A stretch of DNA of 64,000 nucleotides from an uncultured Chloroflexia bacterium (GCA_963728205.1 CAVSIV010000006.1:1632001-1696000); one strand, 5' to 3'; numbered from the stretch's first letter, positions 21,947 to 31,860 are shown. Translations and numbers: made by a program. The notes: a model not told the origin generated them from the sequence alone.

Positions 21947-22477
21947 CTACGGGTGGTGGTGCTGCTTCGCCGCCTCGATCGACCGCATGATCAGATTCTC
22001 GGCCGCGCCGCGGTCCTGCCAGCCGAACGTCTCGACGCTCTTCCCCTCCAGGTCCTTGTAGACCCGGAAGAAGTGCTCGATCTCGCGCAGCAGGTGGTGA
22101 CCAACGTGCGGCAGCTCCGTGACCTGGTTGAAGCGCGGGTCGACCACCGGCACCGCGAGCACCTTCTCGTCCTCGCCGGCCTCGTCGCGCATGCGCAGCA
22201 TGCCGACGGGCCGCGCCTCGACCAGGGCGCCCGTGAAGGTGGGCTCCGTCGTGAGCACGAGGATGTCGGCGGCGTCGCCGTCGTCGGCGAGCGTGCTGGG
22301 GATGAAGCCGTAGGCGGCGGGGTAGTGCACGGCGGAGTAGAGGACGCGGTCGAGCCGGAACACCTCGAGCTCGATGTCGTACTCGAACTTGTTCGAGCCG
22401 CCGCGCGGGATCTCGATGATCGCGTTGACGATGGCGGGTGGACGCGGGCCGGGGGGCAGGTCGTGCAGGTTGGACAC
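21947..22477 (-). CDS. ppa: Inorganic pyrophosphatase (family I)
   Basis: EIPRGGSNKFEYD, YGFIPSTLADDGDAAD, EHFFRVYKDLEGK. Confidence 0.93.
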   Translation of the reverse strand: MSNLHDLPPGPRPPAIVNAIIEIPRGGSNKFEYDIELEVFRLDRVLYSAVHYPAAYGFIPSTLADDGDAADILVLTTEPTFTGALVEARPVGMLRMRDEAGEDEKVLAVPVVDPRFNQVTELPHVGHHLLREIEHFFRVYKDLEGKSVETFGWQDRGAAENLIMRSIEAAKQHHHP

Positions 22478-22562
22478 CGGGGCGCCTCGTTTCGTGCGAT
22501 CGACGATAGGCACGGGACGGTTACGTGCGACTGCCGGGATACGATTCCGGCGGAGGGCGGTC

Positions 22563-22829
22563 ATGGCGGGGTCGCGATGGTTCCGAGCCCTGCGTCACTG
22601 GTTCGGTGCCGACGCGTCGGCGCCCGATCTCATCGTGCTCGCGACGACGCCCGGGGAGGCGCTCGTCGAGCTGTGGCGCAGCCGGCTCGCCGCGGAGCAC
22701 ATTCCCGCCGTGCTCCAGGCGCCCGGCGGTGCGGGCCTCTACGGGGGCGCCTACGTGCTGCTCGTGCGGCGGCGCGACGCGGCGCAGGCAGCAGCGGTCC
22801 TCGGCCTGGAGCCGCCCGACGCGGAGTGA
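22563..22829 (+). CDS. Small hypothetical protein (DUF2007-like)
   Basis: 88 aa; ELWRSRLAAEHIP...LLVRRRDAAQA pattern; GGAGG upstream. Confidence 0.55.
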   Translation: MAGSRWFRALRHWFGADASAPDLIVLATTPGEALVELWRSRLAAEHIPAVLQAPGGAGLYGGAYVLLVRRRDAAQAAAVLGLEPPDAE

Positions 22830-22866
22830 CACGCGATTCTGCGGGGCGGAGACGGGAGCAGCGCGA

Positions 22867-23380
22867 CTAGTCGTGGAACGCCCGCTCGCCGGCGCGGATC
22901 GGGACGCGGAGCGTGTTCTCGGCCGGCGGGAGCGGGCACGACCAGGCGTCGTTGTAGGCGCAGTACGGGTTGTACGCGTAGTTGAAGTCGACGTGCAGCC
23001 GCCCCCCGGGAGCCGGCTCCGGCTCGAGGTAGCGCCCGGCGCCGTAGGACTCCATGCCCGAGGTGGCGTCGCGGAACGGGACGAAGAGCGCGCCCTGCTC
23101 GAGGTCGCGGTAGACGGTGAGCGCGGCCTCGGCGCCGTCCACGCGGAAACGCACGCGCGCCCAGCGCGCGTAGACGGCGGTGTCGCCCGTGCTGGTCTGC
23201 AGCTCGACGCGCTCCTGCGGGTCGAGGATCTCGGGCTCGAGATTCGAGCACGAGGTCGGGGTTCGGGTCGAAGTAGCGCAGTCCCGCGAAGGACGCGCGC
23301 TGGGTCGCGGTGAGGGGCGACTGCTGGTCGTGCGCGAAGAAGTCGTCCTTCGCGCGGCGGAAGTCGTCGAGTGCGCTCAT
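22867..23380 (-). CDS. DUF1684 family protein (one apparent frameshift near 23243)
   Basis: FRRAKDDFF..SPL..FAGLRYF in one frame, then PFRDATSG.ESYGAGRYL and DFNYAYNPYCAY..CPLPP in the next. Confidence 0.85.
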
Positions 23381-23403
23381 GGATCGAGGGTAGGGCGGCG
23401 CCG

Positions 23404-24167
23404 GCAAGCGGCGGCAGATACGCCGCCGACATCAGCGCGGCCGTCGGGCCGCGACACATCGGCGGCGTGTCTGCCGCCGCTTGCGAGGGGGCGTCACGGC
23501 GAGGGGAAGTACGCCGATACCAGCGCGGCCGTCGGGCCGCGACATATCGGCGTCGTGTCTGCCGCCGCTGGCGAGGGGCGTCACGGCGAGGGGGGGTACG
23601 CCGATACCAGCGCGGCCGTCGGGCCGCGACATATCGGCGGCGTGTCTGCCGCCGCTTGCGAGGGGGCGTCACGGCGAGGGGAAGTACGCCGACATCAACG
23701 CGGCCGTCGGGCCGCGACATATCGGCGGCGTGTCTGCCGCCGCTTGCGAGGGGCGTCACGGCGAGGGGAGGTACGCCGATACCAGCGCGGCCGTCGGGCC
23801 GCGACACATCGGCGGCGTGTCTGCCGCCGCTTGCGAGGGGGCGTCACGGCGAGGGGAAGTATGCCGATACCAGCGCGGCCGTCGGGCCGCGACACATCGG
23901 CGGCGTGTCTGCCGCCGCTGGCGAGGGGCGTCACGGCGAGGGGAAGTACGCCGATACCAGCGCGGCCGTCGGGCCGCGACACATCGGCGGCGTGTCTGCC
24001 GCCGCTTGCGAGGGGCGTCACGGCGAGGGGAAGTACGCCGATACCAGCGCGGCCGTCGGGCCGCGGTCAGCCCGGCGATCGCGAAGAAGGTAAGGGGGTA
24101 CGCCGATACCAGCGCGGCCGTCGGGCCGCGACATATCGGCGGCGTGTCCGCCGCCGCTTGCGAGGGG
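23404..24167. repeat. Tandem array of nine ~87-88-bp units derived from REP family A
   Basis: Core cagcgcggccgtcgggccgcg at 23433, 23521, 23608, 23696, 23783, 23871, 23958, 24045 and 24110 (8th unit truncated); complete units carry the arm atcggcggcgtgtctgccgccgctt. Confidence 0.95.
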
Positions 24168-24177
24168 CGGTCCGCCC

Positions 24178-24954
24178 CTACGCCAGCACGGCCCGCACTG
24201 GGCGCGCGGCGCGGAGGGAGGCGACCACCACGCGCTCGACGCCCGCCGCGCGCAGCGCGGCGGCGAGGCGCGCGGCGCCGGGCGGGTCGAGGTCGGCCTT
24301 GTTCACGACCACCGCGAAGCGTCGCGCGCCGACGTCCTTGCGCCCGCCGCGCGGGTCGGCGAGCACGCGCGCGATCAGCGCGGCGTCGCAGCGCGCTGCG
24401 TCGCCGCCGGCGATCGCGCGCACGCGCTCGGGGCGGTGCACGTGATCGGCGTCGAGCGGCGCGTCCAGCGCGTCGAGCCCGACGACCGTGACGACGTGAG
24501 TGGCCGCCGGCGGGATGACGGGCTCGTGGTCGGCCGGCGCCTTGAACGGCAGCATCTTGCTGCCGTCCCCCTCGAGCGCGAGCAGCCCCAGCCCGGGCAG
24601 CGCCGCGATCCGCGCGACGGTCGCCGGCGATATCGGCCCGAGCCGCCCCTTCGCGCGGTCGCCGGCGGAGGCGACCACCAGCGGGTGCGCGGCCAGCGCG
24701 GCGCCGAGCGCCGCGGCGAGCGCGTCGTCGTCGGCGACGACCGTGTGCGGCATGCGCGCGGGCGGCGCCGGCGTGAAGCGCGTCGTGCCGGCGAGCACGG
24801 CGCGCCGGCCGGCGGCCGCGGCCTCCGCGCCGAGCCGGTACAGCAACGTCGTCTTGCCCCCACCGCCGACGATGGTCACAACGGGCACGGGCACGGCGTC
24901 GAGGTCGAGCGCCGCCCAGAGGGTGGCCGGCGGGGCGGGGGCGGTCGCGTCCAT
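24178..24954 (-). CDS. yqeC: Selenium-dependent hydroxylase accessory protein YqeC-like
   Basis: VGGGGKTTLL, GTTRF, EGDGSKMLPFKAPADHEPVIP, HRPE, VVNKAD. Confidence 0.8.
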   Translation of the reverse strand: MDATAPAPPATLWAALDLDAVPVPVVTIVGGGGKTTLLYRLGAEAAAAGRRAVLAGTTRFTPAPPARMPHTVVADDDALAAALGAALAAHPLVVASAGDRAKGRLGPISPATVARIAALPGLGLLALEGDGSKMLPFKAPADHEPVIPPAATHVVTVVGLDALDAPLDADHVHRPERVRAIAGGDAARCDAALIARVLADPRGGRKDVGARRFAVVVNKADLDPPGAARLAAALRAAGVERVVVASLRAARPVRAVLA

Positions 24955-24990
24955 CACCCTATGATCGCCGCCGCAAGGAAGGGACACAAC

Positions 24991-25656
24991 GTGACGGCCG
25001 AGGCCTCGGGGGGCGGCGCGACGCCGGCGCTGGCGGGCATCGTGCTCGCCGGGGGGCGCTCGTCGCGGATGGGACGCGACAAGGCGTCGCTCGTGTTCGA
25101 CGGCACGCCGCTGCTGCAGCGCACCATCGATGCGCTGGCGGCGGTCGTCGACGAGATCGTCGTCGTGCGCGCGCCGGGCCAGGCGCTGCCCGAGGCGACG
25201 AGCGCGCGACCGCTGCGCGTCGTGGAGGACCCGGTCGCCGGCGAGGGGCCGCTGCAGGGGATCGCCACGGGACTCGGGGCCGCGACGGCGCCCGTCGCGC
25301 TGGTCGTCGGCGTCGACATGCCGTTCCTGCGGCCGGCGCTGTTGCGTCTGCTGGGCGAGCGGGTCACACCCGAGCACCGCTGGGTGCTGCCGATTGCGCA
25401 GCACCGCCCCCAGCCGCTGTGCTCGGCCTTCGCGCGCGACGCGCTGGCGGTCGTGCAGGCCCATCTCGACGCCGGAGACCGAGCGCCGATGGTCGTCGCG
25501 GCAGAGCTGGGCTTCGTGCGGCTGCAGGAGCAGGACTGGCGCGACGCCGATCCCGGCGGGTGGTCGTTCGTCGACGTCGACACGCCCGAGGACTTCGCGG
25601 AGGCGGAGCGGGCGCTGCGCGACGGCGACGTGCCGCGGGCAGGGGACCGCGACTAG
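24991..25656 (+). CDS. mobA: Molybdenum cofactor guanylyltransferase
   Basis: LAGGRSSRMGRDKA, GPLQGI, DMPF, QPLC, DVDTPED. Confidence 0.85.
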   Translation: MTAEASGGGATPALAGIVLAGGRSSRMGRDKASLVFDGTPLLQRTIDALAAVVDEIVVVRAPGQALPEATSARPLRVVEDPVAGEGPLQGIATGLGAATAPVALVVGVDMPFLRPALLRLLGERVTPEHRWVLPIAQHRPQPLCSAFARDALAVVQAHLDAGDRAPMVVAAELGFVRLQEQDWRDADPGGWSFVDVDTPEDFAEAERALRDGDVPRAGDRD

Positions 25657-27848
25657 TCTCGGTCGGGATCCGCGGTCGCCGTCGGTGACGGGCTGGCGGT
25701 CGCTGACGGGGTTGCGGTTGCTGACGGGGTTGCAGACGGTGACGACGTCGCGCTCGCGGTCGCGGACGGCGTCGCCTCCGGGGATGCCGTGGCCGTGGTG
25801 GTGGCCGTGGCCGTGGTGGTGGCCGTGGCCGTCGGCGTCGGCGTTGCCGTGGGGCTCGCGGTCGACGTCGGCGTCAAGGTTGGCGTGACCGGCGGGCGAT
25901 AGCGGTAGAGCCCGAACGGCCATACCCAGGGCTGGAACGGGAAGTCGCCGCCGCGGCGGTCGTGGCCGTCGGCCGAGCCGCCGTCGTCCCCCGGACGCGG
26001 AGTCGCCCGCGATTGCGGGCTCTCCGGCGTCGCCGTGTCGCTCGCGCCGGGCGGGAGCGTGATGTGCAGGCGCTCTCGCAGCTGCCGGGCGATCGCGCTC
26101 GTGTCGGTCGATACGAACGTCTGCAGCGCGGTGCGCACGGCCGGGTCCGACATCAGCACGACCAGGAGCTGCGTCTGCGCGCCGTCGCTCAGCGGCGATT
26201 CGGAGCCGAAGACCTGCGTCAGCGTGGCGCGGACCTGGGGTGCGTTGCTGCTCTCGAGCGCGTCGCGGACCTGCCGGCGCGTCGCCTCGACGTCGGCCGC
26301 GGGCGTCCCGAGCAACGAGCCCAGCGGCGCGCCGGTCGCGCTCGCCCCCGGCGTCGACGTGGCGTCGCGGAAGCCGGAGCCGAAGCCGGATCCCAGACCG
26401 GAGCTCCCGCGATCGCCGCGGTCACTGTTGCCGCTCCGGTCATCGCCGCGGTCCGCGCCGCGCTGCGGCGTCGCCGTCGCCGTCGTTGTCGCACGCGCCT
26501 CGTGCTCATTCTCGCGCTGCGTCGCCGCCGCGCGCTGGCGCGCCACTGCCACCGCGTGCTCGGTGCGCTGTGAGTTGACGACGCGCTCGGCCACCGCGCT
26601 GCCGGCCGCCGTCGGCGCCTGGTTCAGCACCTCGAGCGCCGGCTTGCCGTCGACGACCGTGATGCGAAGCCCGACCTCGAGGTCGTTGCCGCTGCCGACG
26701 GGAATCGTCACGTCACCGTTCGCGGTGTGGATGACGATGTTCCCCTTGCCGTCGGCGAAGCGGCGAAGCAGCAGCGTGTAGGTGCCCGGGGTCGCGCGCA
26801 GGACGTCGATCGTCTGCGGACCGTCGCCCGGGTCGCTGGTCGTCACGCCGACGACCTGGCGGAAGGTCACGCCGTCCGGCCGGGCGCCGGTGGCCGCGCC
26901 GTCCGGCGCGATCAGCGAGGCGACGTACGGGGCGTCCACCGAGACCTGCGCCTCGGGGTGCACCGGCTCGGGCTGCGGCGACTGCGCCGGCATGTTCGCC
27001 GTCAGCTGCACGGCCTCGCCCTGCGCCACCTGCACGTGCTGCTCGCCGTGCTGCACCTGCACGAGCCCCTGCGCCGTCGTCACCGACGTCGCGCCGTTCT
27101 CGATGCTCGTCTCGAACACGGTGCCCACCGCCCGCGCGATCGCGTCGGGCGTGCGGACGATGTACGCGGCGCCGTCGCGGTGGTCGGGCACGACGTCGTT
27201 CCACAGCCGGCCGGTCCGCTGGTCGATCGTGATGTCGCGCGTGCCGTTGACGTGGACCTGCTGGAGGACGAGCTCGGTGCTCGGGTCGAGGGTCGTGGTG
27301 GAGCCGTCGGGGAACGTGATCATGGCGCGGCCGTCGGCCGCCGTGCGCACGTGAGCACCTTCGCGGAGCGCCGCACCGTCGGCGACCGTCTGCCACGTGC
27401 CGCCGTCGACCTGCTGCTGGACGCCTCCGGTGAAGACGGTGAGCGTGGAGGCCGAAGCCGTCGTCGCGCCGCGGCCGACGAGGAGCAACGCCGCGACCGC
27501 CACGATGGCGACGGCTGCCAGCGCGGGCCCGGCCACCGCCGCGAGGCGGGTGAGGCCGGCGCCGCCGGCGAAGATGCGTCCGACCGCGAGGCGCGGCCGC
27601 GGGAGGCGGTGCGGCGACTGCTGGGGGGTGCGCGCGATCTCCGCCATCAGCGCCGCGCGCAGCGCGGGCTCCGGCGGGCGCTCGGGGACGCGCGGCAGGT
27701 CCGCGACGGCGAACGCGGCGTCGAGCAGCGGGCGCAGCTCCGACGCGTACTCGGGGTAGTCCGCGAGGCAGTCGGCGACCGTGAGGTGGCCGGCGGTGAT
27801 GTCGTCGATGCAGCGGTCGATGACCTGGTCGAGGGACAGCTCGTTCAT
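25653..27848 (-). CDS. Membrane anti-sigma factor with FecR-like domain and Pro/Thr-rich tail
   Basis: N-terminal DRCIDDI..TVADCLADYPEYASELRPLL, one TM, FecR-like segment (FPDGS...VRTPDAIARAVGT); start overlaps the sigma-factor stop (ATGA). Confidence 0.75.
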   Translation of the reverse strand: MNELSLDQVIDRCIDDITAGHLTVADCLADYPEYASELRPLLDAAFAVADLPRVPERPPEPALRAALMAEIARTPQQSPHRLPRPRLAVGRIFAGGAGLTRLAAVAGPALAAVAIVAVAALLLVGRGATTASASTLTVFTGGVQQQVDGGTWQTVADGAALREGAHVRTAADGRAMITFPDGSTTTLDPSTELVLQQVHVNGTRDITIDQRTGRLWNDVVPDHRDGAAYIVRTPDAIARAVGTVFETSIENGATSVTTAQGLVQVQHGEQHVQVAQGEAVQLTANMPAQSPQPEPVHPEAQVSVDAPYVASLIAPDGAATGARPDGVTFRQVVGVTTSDPGDGPQTIDVLRATPGTYTLLLRRFADGKGNIVIHTANGDVTIPVGSGNDLEVGLRITVVDGKPALEVLNQAPTAAGSAVAERVVNSQRTEHAVAVARQRAAATQRENEHEARATTTATATPQRGADRGDDRSGNSDRGDRGSSGLGSGFGSGFRDATSTPGASATGAPLGSLLGTPAADVEATRRQVRDALESSNAPQVRATLTQVFGSESPLSDGAQTQLLVVLMSDPAVRTALQTFVSTDTSAIARQLRERLHITLPPGASDTATPESPQSRATPRPGDDGGSADGHDRRGGDFPFQPWVWPFGLYRYRPPVTPTLTPTSTASPTATPTPTATATTTATATTTATASPEATPSATASATSSPSATPSATATPSATASPSPTATADPDRD

Positions 27849-28438
27849 GACGGCAGCCCTCCCATCGCGTCGATCTCCCGGCGCAGCGCCTGCAGCGCGC
27901 GCATCTGGAGTCCGCGGACGGTCACTTCCTTGCGGCCCATGACGTCGCCGATCTCGCGCGCCGACTTCTCCATGAGGAAGCGCAGCACAAGCACCTGGCG
28001 ATGGTCTTCCGACAGCCGCTCGAGCGCCGCCTGCAGGTGCTGGTGCACCTCCTGCGTGAGGACGAGCGTCTCGGCCTCGGCGTCCTCGGGGAGCTCGATG
28101 TTCTCGAGATCCACGGAGGGGCGTCGCGCCCGGAAGTGATCGACCATCTGGTTGTGGGCCATGCGATACAACCATGCCCGGAAGGGCGCCCCGCGATGTT
28201 GATAGCGCGGGATGGCCTGCCAGGCCTTCAAGAACACCTGCTGGGCGAGGTCCTGCGCGACGTCCGCATCGCCGGTGCGATGCGAGAGGTAGCGCACGAT
28301 CTCAGGCTGGAAGCGGTCGTAGAGCCGGCCGAAGGCGGCGGCGTCGCCGTCTTTCGCTTGGTCGACGAGGGCCTGCACGACCTGCTCGTCATCGGCCTGC
28401 GCGGCCGGTGCGCTGCGACTTGCTTCCGAAGATGTCAA
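27845..28438 (-). CDS. ECF (sigma-70 group 4) RNA polymerase sigma factor
   Basis: AFGRLYDRF, AQDLAQQVFLKAW, FRAWLYRMAHN, region 4 LSEDHRQVLVLRF..EIGDVMG; start uncertain (TTG 28438 or GTG 28378). Confidence 0.92.
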   Translation of the reverse strand: MTSSEASRSAPAAQADDEQVVQALVDQAKDGDAAAFGRLYDRFQPEIVRYLSHRTGDADVAQDLAQQVFLKAWQAIPRYQHRGAPFRAWLYRMAHNQMVDHFRARRPSVDLENIELPEDAEAETLVLTQEVHQHLQAALERLSEDHRQVLVLRFLMEKSAREIGDVMGRKEVTVRGLQMRALQALRREIDAMGGLPS

Positions 28439-28609
28439 CGGGCGAGCCCCGGGGTTCGTTCGGCGTGGTCCGTCCCACGATACGCGGGGCCTCCGAGAGC
28501 AGACAGGCGCTCGGCGGACACACACGAGGGGATGGCGGTGGGCGTCCAGCCTAGCGCGCTCGCGCACCTGGCGCGCCCGCGTCGCGGGGCCGCCGCATAG
28601 CATGGGGGC

Positions 28610-30064
28610 ATGGCGCTCCCCCCGGAGTTCGACCAGCCCGCGGGCAGCGGGTTCCGGCGCATCGACCGGGCGATCGGGCGCGGCCAGGCCCGCGTCTTCC
28701 GCGTCCTCTGGTTCCGCGTGCCGCCCGGCTCGGTGGCGTGGAACGTCAACTTCCAGGCGCTGCTCGCCTCGCGCTTCCTCTCCGACATCGCGCTGCAGGC
28801 GCTGCTCTACGGCGCGCTGATCGCGAGCGCGCGCGCCGGCGGTGGCGCGCTCGACGCCGCGCTGATCGGCACCGCCTACCTGCTGCCGGGCGTGCTGCTC
28901 GGACTGTGGGGCGGGGCCGTCGCCGACGCCGTGCCGAAGCGCGTTGCGCTCGGCGGCGCCTACCTCGCGATGGGCGCGCTCTGCCTCCTCATCCCCGGCT
29001 TCTTCGGCACGCGCTTCCGCTCGATGCTCGCCGTGATCTTCGCGGTGCGCGCGCTGCACCAGGTGTCGCAGCCGTCGGAGTCGTCGGCGGTGCCGCTGGT
29101 CGCGAGCGCGGACGACCTCGCGTCGGCGAACTCGTTCCTCTCGCTGGCGTCGTCGGTGGGGGAGGTGATGGGCAAGGCGCTGCTCGCGCCGGTGATCGTC
29201 GTGCTGTTCGGCGTCGACGTCGTCACGGCGCTGGCGGGCGTGCTCTTCGCGGTCTCGGCGACGCGGGTGCTCGGGCTGGAACACGTCGCGGGGGCGGCCG
29301 CGGCGGCGCCGCCCGCCCCGCGTGCGCCGCCGGCCGGCGCCACGCCCGCCGGCGGCGCGGGGCTGCGCGGCGCGCTGCGTCCGCCCTCGATCCGGCTCGC
29401 GCTGCGCTGGCTCGTCGACGAGCCGGCCGCGTTCTGGATGCTGATGCTCGCGGCGATGGCGAGCACGGTGAACGTCGTGCTCGGGATGCTCGCGCCGCAG
29501 TACACGCTCGACGTGCTCGGGGTGGACCCGGCGAACGCGCTGTACGTCTTCGCGCCCGGCTCCGTGGGGCTGGCGATCGGACTCGGCGTCGTGCCGCTGG
29601 CGATCCGACGGCTGGGCGAGCGCGCCACGGCGGTGATCGGTTTCTCGCTCGTCGCGGTCGCGATGGTCGGGCTGGGGCTGGTCGACCCGCTGACGCGCAC
29701 GCTCGGAAGGCTGCTCGTGATCGACCTGCCGCGCGTCGGACCGCGCATCGAGATGGCGGGGCTGCTGTCGGTGCCGCTCGGCCTCGGGCTGACGCTGGCG
29801 GCGGCGGCGACGCAGACGTACATCGGCCGCTACGTGCCGGCGCGGATTCACGGCCGCGTGTTCGCACTGCTCGGCGCGATGAAGGACGGGCTCGCGATCG
29901 TGCCGTTGCTGGGGCTCGGGGCGCTGGCTGGCGTCGTGGGCGTGCGGGCGGCGATCACGGCGGCGCCCATCGCGCTGGTGGCGATCGCCTACGGCCTCGA
30001 GTGGTACGCGGCGCGCTGGCGCGCGCCCGAGCTGCCGTCGTGGTGGAGCGACGCCGGCGGCTAG
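28610..30064 (+). CDS. MFS transporter (H+ antiporter / MFS_3-like)
   Basis: GAVADAVPKR, about 12 hydrophobic helices, HGRVFA. Confidence 0.82.
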   Translation: MALPPEFDQPAGSGFRRIDRAIGRGQARVFRVLWFRVPPGSVAWNVNFQALLASRFLSDIALQALLYGALIASARAGGGALDAALIGTAYLLPGVLLGLWGGAVADAVPKRVALGGAYLAMGALCLLIPGFFGTRFRSMLAVIFAVRALHQVSQPSESSAVPLVASADDLASANSFLSLASSVGEVMGKALLAPVIVVLFGVDVVTALAGVLFAVSATRVLGLEHVAGAAAAAPPAPRAPPAGATPAGGAGLRGALRPPSIRLALRWLVDEPAAFWMLMLAAMASTVNVVLGMLAPQYTLDVLGVDPANALYVFAPGSVGLAIGLGVVPLAIRRLGERATAVIGFSLVAVAMVGLGLVDPLTRTLGRLLVIDLPRVGPRIEMAGLLSVPLGLGLTLAAAATQTYIGRYVPARIHGRVFALLGAMKDGLAIVPLLGLGALAGVVGVRAAITAAPIALVAIAYGLEWYAARWRAPELPSWWSDAGG

Positions 30065-30077
30065 CGCGAGGCGTCGC

Positions 30078-30449
30078 TCAGAACGAGGTCACCGGGCTGG
30101 AGTGGTGGTGGGCGATGCGCCAGCCGCCGTCCTCTCGGACGAAGACGTTGGTCGCCGCGAGCGGCGCGCCGGAGACGAGCTCGCGGCAGATCACGTAGGC
30201 CACGTCGCCGAGCAGGTAGACGCGCTCGCCGCCGCTCTGGATGCGGGGCTGGCCGGGGTTCGCGAGGATGGCGCGCCACGACTCGACAACGGCATCGCGC
30301 CCGGAGAGGACGTTCCACCCCGGGTGCACGCAAGCGACGGCGGCGCGCCGCGCCCAGAGGTCGTCCATGGCGTCGGCGTCCCTCGCGTTGAACGCGGCGT
30401 AGAAGGCCTGGTTCGCGGCGAGGATGTCGTCCTCGGCGTTCGCGGTCAT
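30078..30449 (-). CDS. NTF2/SnoaL-like protein
   Basis: ANQAFYAAF..D...MDDLW, CVHPGW, WRIAHHHSSP. Confidence 0.85.
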   Translation of the reverse strand: MTANAEDDILAANQAFYAAFNARDADAMDDLWARRAAVACVHPGWNVLSGRDAVVESWRAILANPGQPRIQSGGERVYLLGDVAYVICRELVSGAPLAATNVFVREDGGWRIAHHHSSPVTSF

Positions 30450-30510
30450 GGCGGCTCCCCGTCCGCGGGAACGATAGCAGCGGGGGCGGAGATCCCGGCG
30501 AGCGTCATTG

Positions 30511-30590
30511 GCAAGCCGCGGCAGATACGGCGCCGACACCGACGCGGCCGAGAGACCGCGATCCGTCGGCGGCATGTCTGCCGCCGCCGT
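30511..30590. repeat. REP-like palindromic element, family A
   Basis: gcaagccgcggcagatac ... gtcggcggcatgtctgccgccgc. Confidence 0.7.
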
Positions 30591-30624
30591 GGCCTGTCTG
30601 ACGGGGCCGGGCGCGGCGCCGGGG

Positions 30625-31683
30625 TTACGGGTACAGCGGCGTGCGGTCGAGGCCGGCGGCCTGGTCGAGGCCGAACATCAGGTTGAGGTTCTGCATCGCC
30701 GAGCCGCTCTGGCCCTTCATCAGGTTGTCGATGGACGACATCACCACGACGCGGCGGCCGTCGTCGGAGACGACCAGCGAGATGTCGCAGTAGTTCGACC
30801 CGGCCTGGCCCTTGAGCATCGGCGGGACGTCGAGCACGCGCACGAACGGCTGGCCGGCGTAGTACTCGCGGTAACGCGCGAGCAGCTCGGCGGCGGTGGC
30901 GGAGCGGGTGAGCCGCGCGTGCATTGTGCTCAGGATGCCGCGCGTCGCGCCGATCACGTGCGGGACGAAGTCGAGCGTCGCGCCCTGCGCGGCGCCGAGC
31001 CGGCCCAGCGTGAACTCCGACTCGATGACGTGCTGGTGCGACAGGACGCGGTAGGGCACCACGTTGTCGTTGAGGTGAGAGAGGTGCTGCAGCGGCGCCG
31101 GCTTCTTCCCGGCGCCGGACGAGCCGCTGAGGCTCGCGATGGAGACGGCGCCGCCCTCGACGAGGTCGTCGGCGAACAGCGGCGCGAGGCCGAGGATGAT
31201 GCCGATGGCGAAGCAGCCCGGGTTGCCGACGATCGGCGCCCTGCGGATGCGGTCGGCGTTGAGCTCCGACACGCCGTAGGCCGCGCGGCCGAGCAGCTCC
31301 GCGGCCTCGTGGTGCGCGTCCTTGATCGAGGGGTGGCGCGCCGCATAGGCGGCGTAGTCGGCGGCGTCGGCGAAGCGGAAGTCGCCGGAGTAGTCGATGA
31401 ACGGCACGCCGGCGTCGGCGAGCGCCTTCGCGTAGCCCTGCGCGACCCGGTCGGGCGTCGCGAACACCACGACGTCGCAGTCGGCGCCGATGCGGGCGTC
31501 GTCGGGCGCGGCGATCTCGAGGTCACAGCGGCCGGTGAGGTGCGGGTAGACGTCGGAGATGCGGCGGCCGGCGTCGTCGCGCGCGACGAGGGAGGCGACC
31601 TCGAAGGCGGGGTGCGCCAGCAGCAGCTCGAGGATGCCCAGCCCCCCGTAGCCCGTGGCGCCGACGATCTGTGCTCGCGGCAT
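30625..31683 (-). CDS. argC: N-acetyl-gamma-glutamyl-phosphate reductase
   Basis: IVGATGYGG, IDYSGDFR, catalytic NPGCF, SGSSGAG, HQH, IDNLMKGQSG. Confidence 0.92.
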   Translation of the reverse strand: MPRAQIVGATGYGGLGILELLLAHPAFEVASLVARDDAGRRISDVYPHLTGRCDLEIAAPDDARIGADCDVVVFATPDRVAQGYAKALADAGVPFIDYSGDFRFADAADYAAYAARHPSIKDAHHEAAELLGRAAYGVSELNADRIRRAPIVGNPGCFAIGIILGLAPLFADDLVEGGAVSIASLSGSSGAGKKPAPLQHLSHLNDNVVPYRVLSHQHVIESEFTLGRLGAAQGATLDFVPHVIGATRGILSTMHARLTRSATAAELLARYREYYAGQPFVRVLDVPPMLKGQAGSNYCDISLVVSDDGRRVVVMSSIDNLMKGQSGSAMQNLNLMFGLDQAAGLDRTPLYP

Positions 31684-31768
31684 GGCGTGTCTCCCTGGCT
31701 CGACCCGGCGAGCGATCAGGATAGAAGCGGGGCGATGCGGGTGGAAGGTGCGCGGCACAGCCTGTCTT

Positions 31769-31860
31769 CAAGCGGCGGCAGATATGCCGCCGACAGGGCG
31801 CGGACGCAGCCCGCGGCTGGCGCCGCGCTTCTGTCGGCGGCATGTCTGCCGCCGCTGTGG
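31769..31860. repeat. REP-like palindromic element, family A
   Basis: aagcggcggcagatatgccgccgacag ... ctgtcggcggcatgtctgccgccgct. Confidence 0.85.

Noticed and set aside
23404-24167. CRISPR array or repeat-encoded protein (ORFs 23180..24445, 23371..24093, 23481..24491)
   Set aside because: Linkers are constant rather than unique, unit length alternates 87/88 bp so no frame is preserved, and the unit derives from the intergenic REP family
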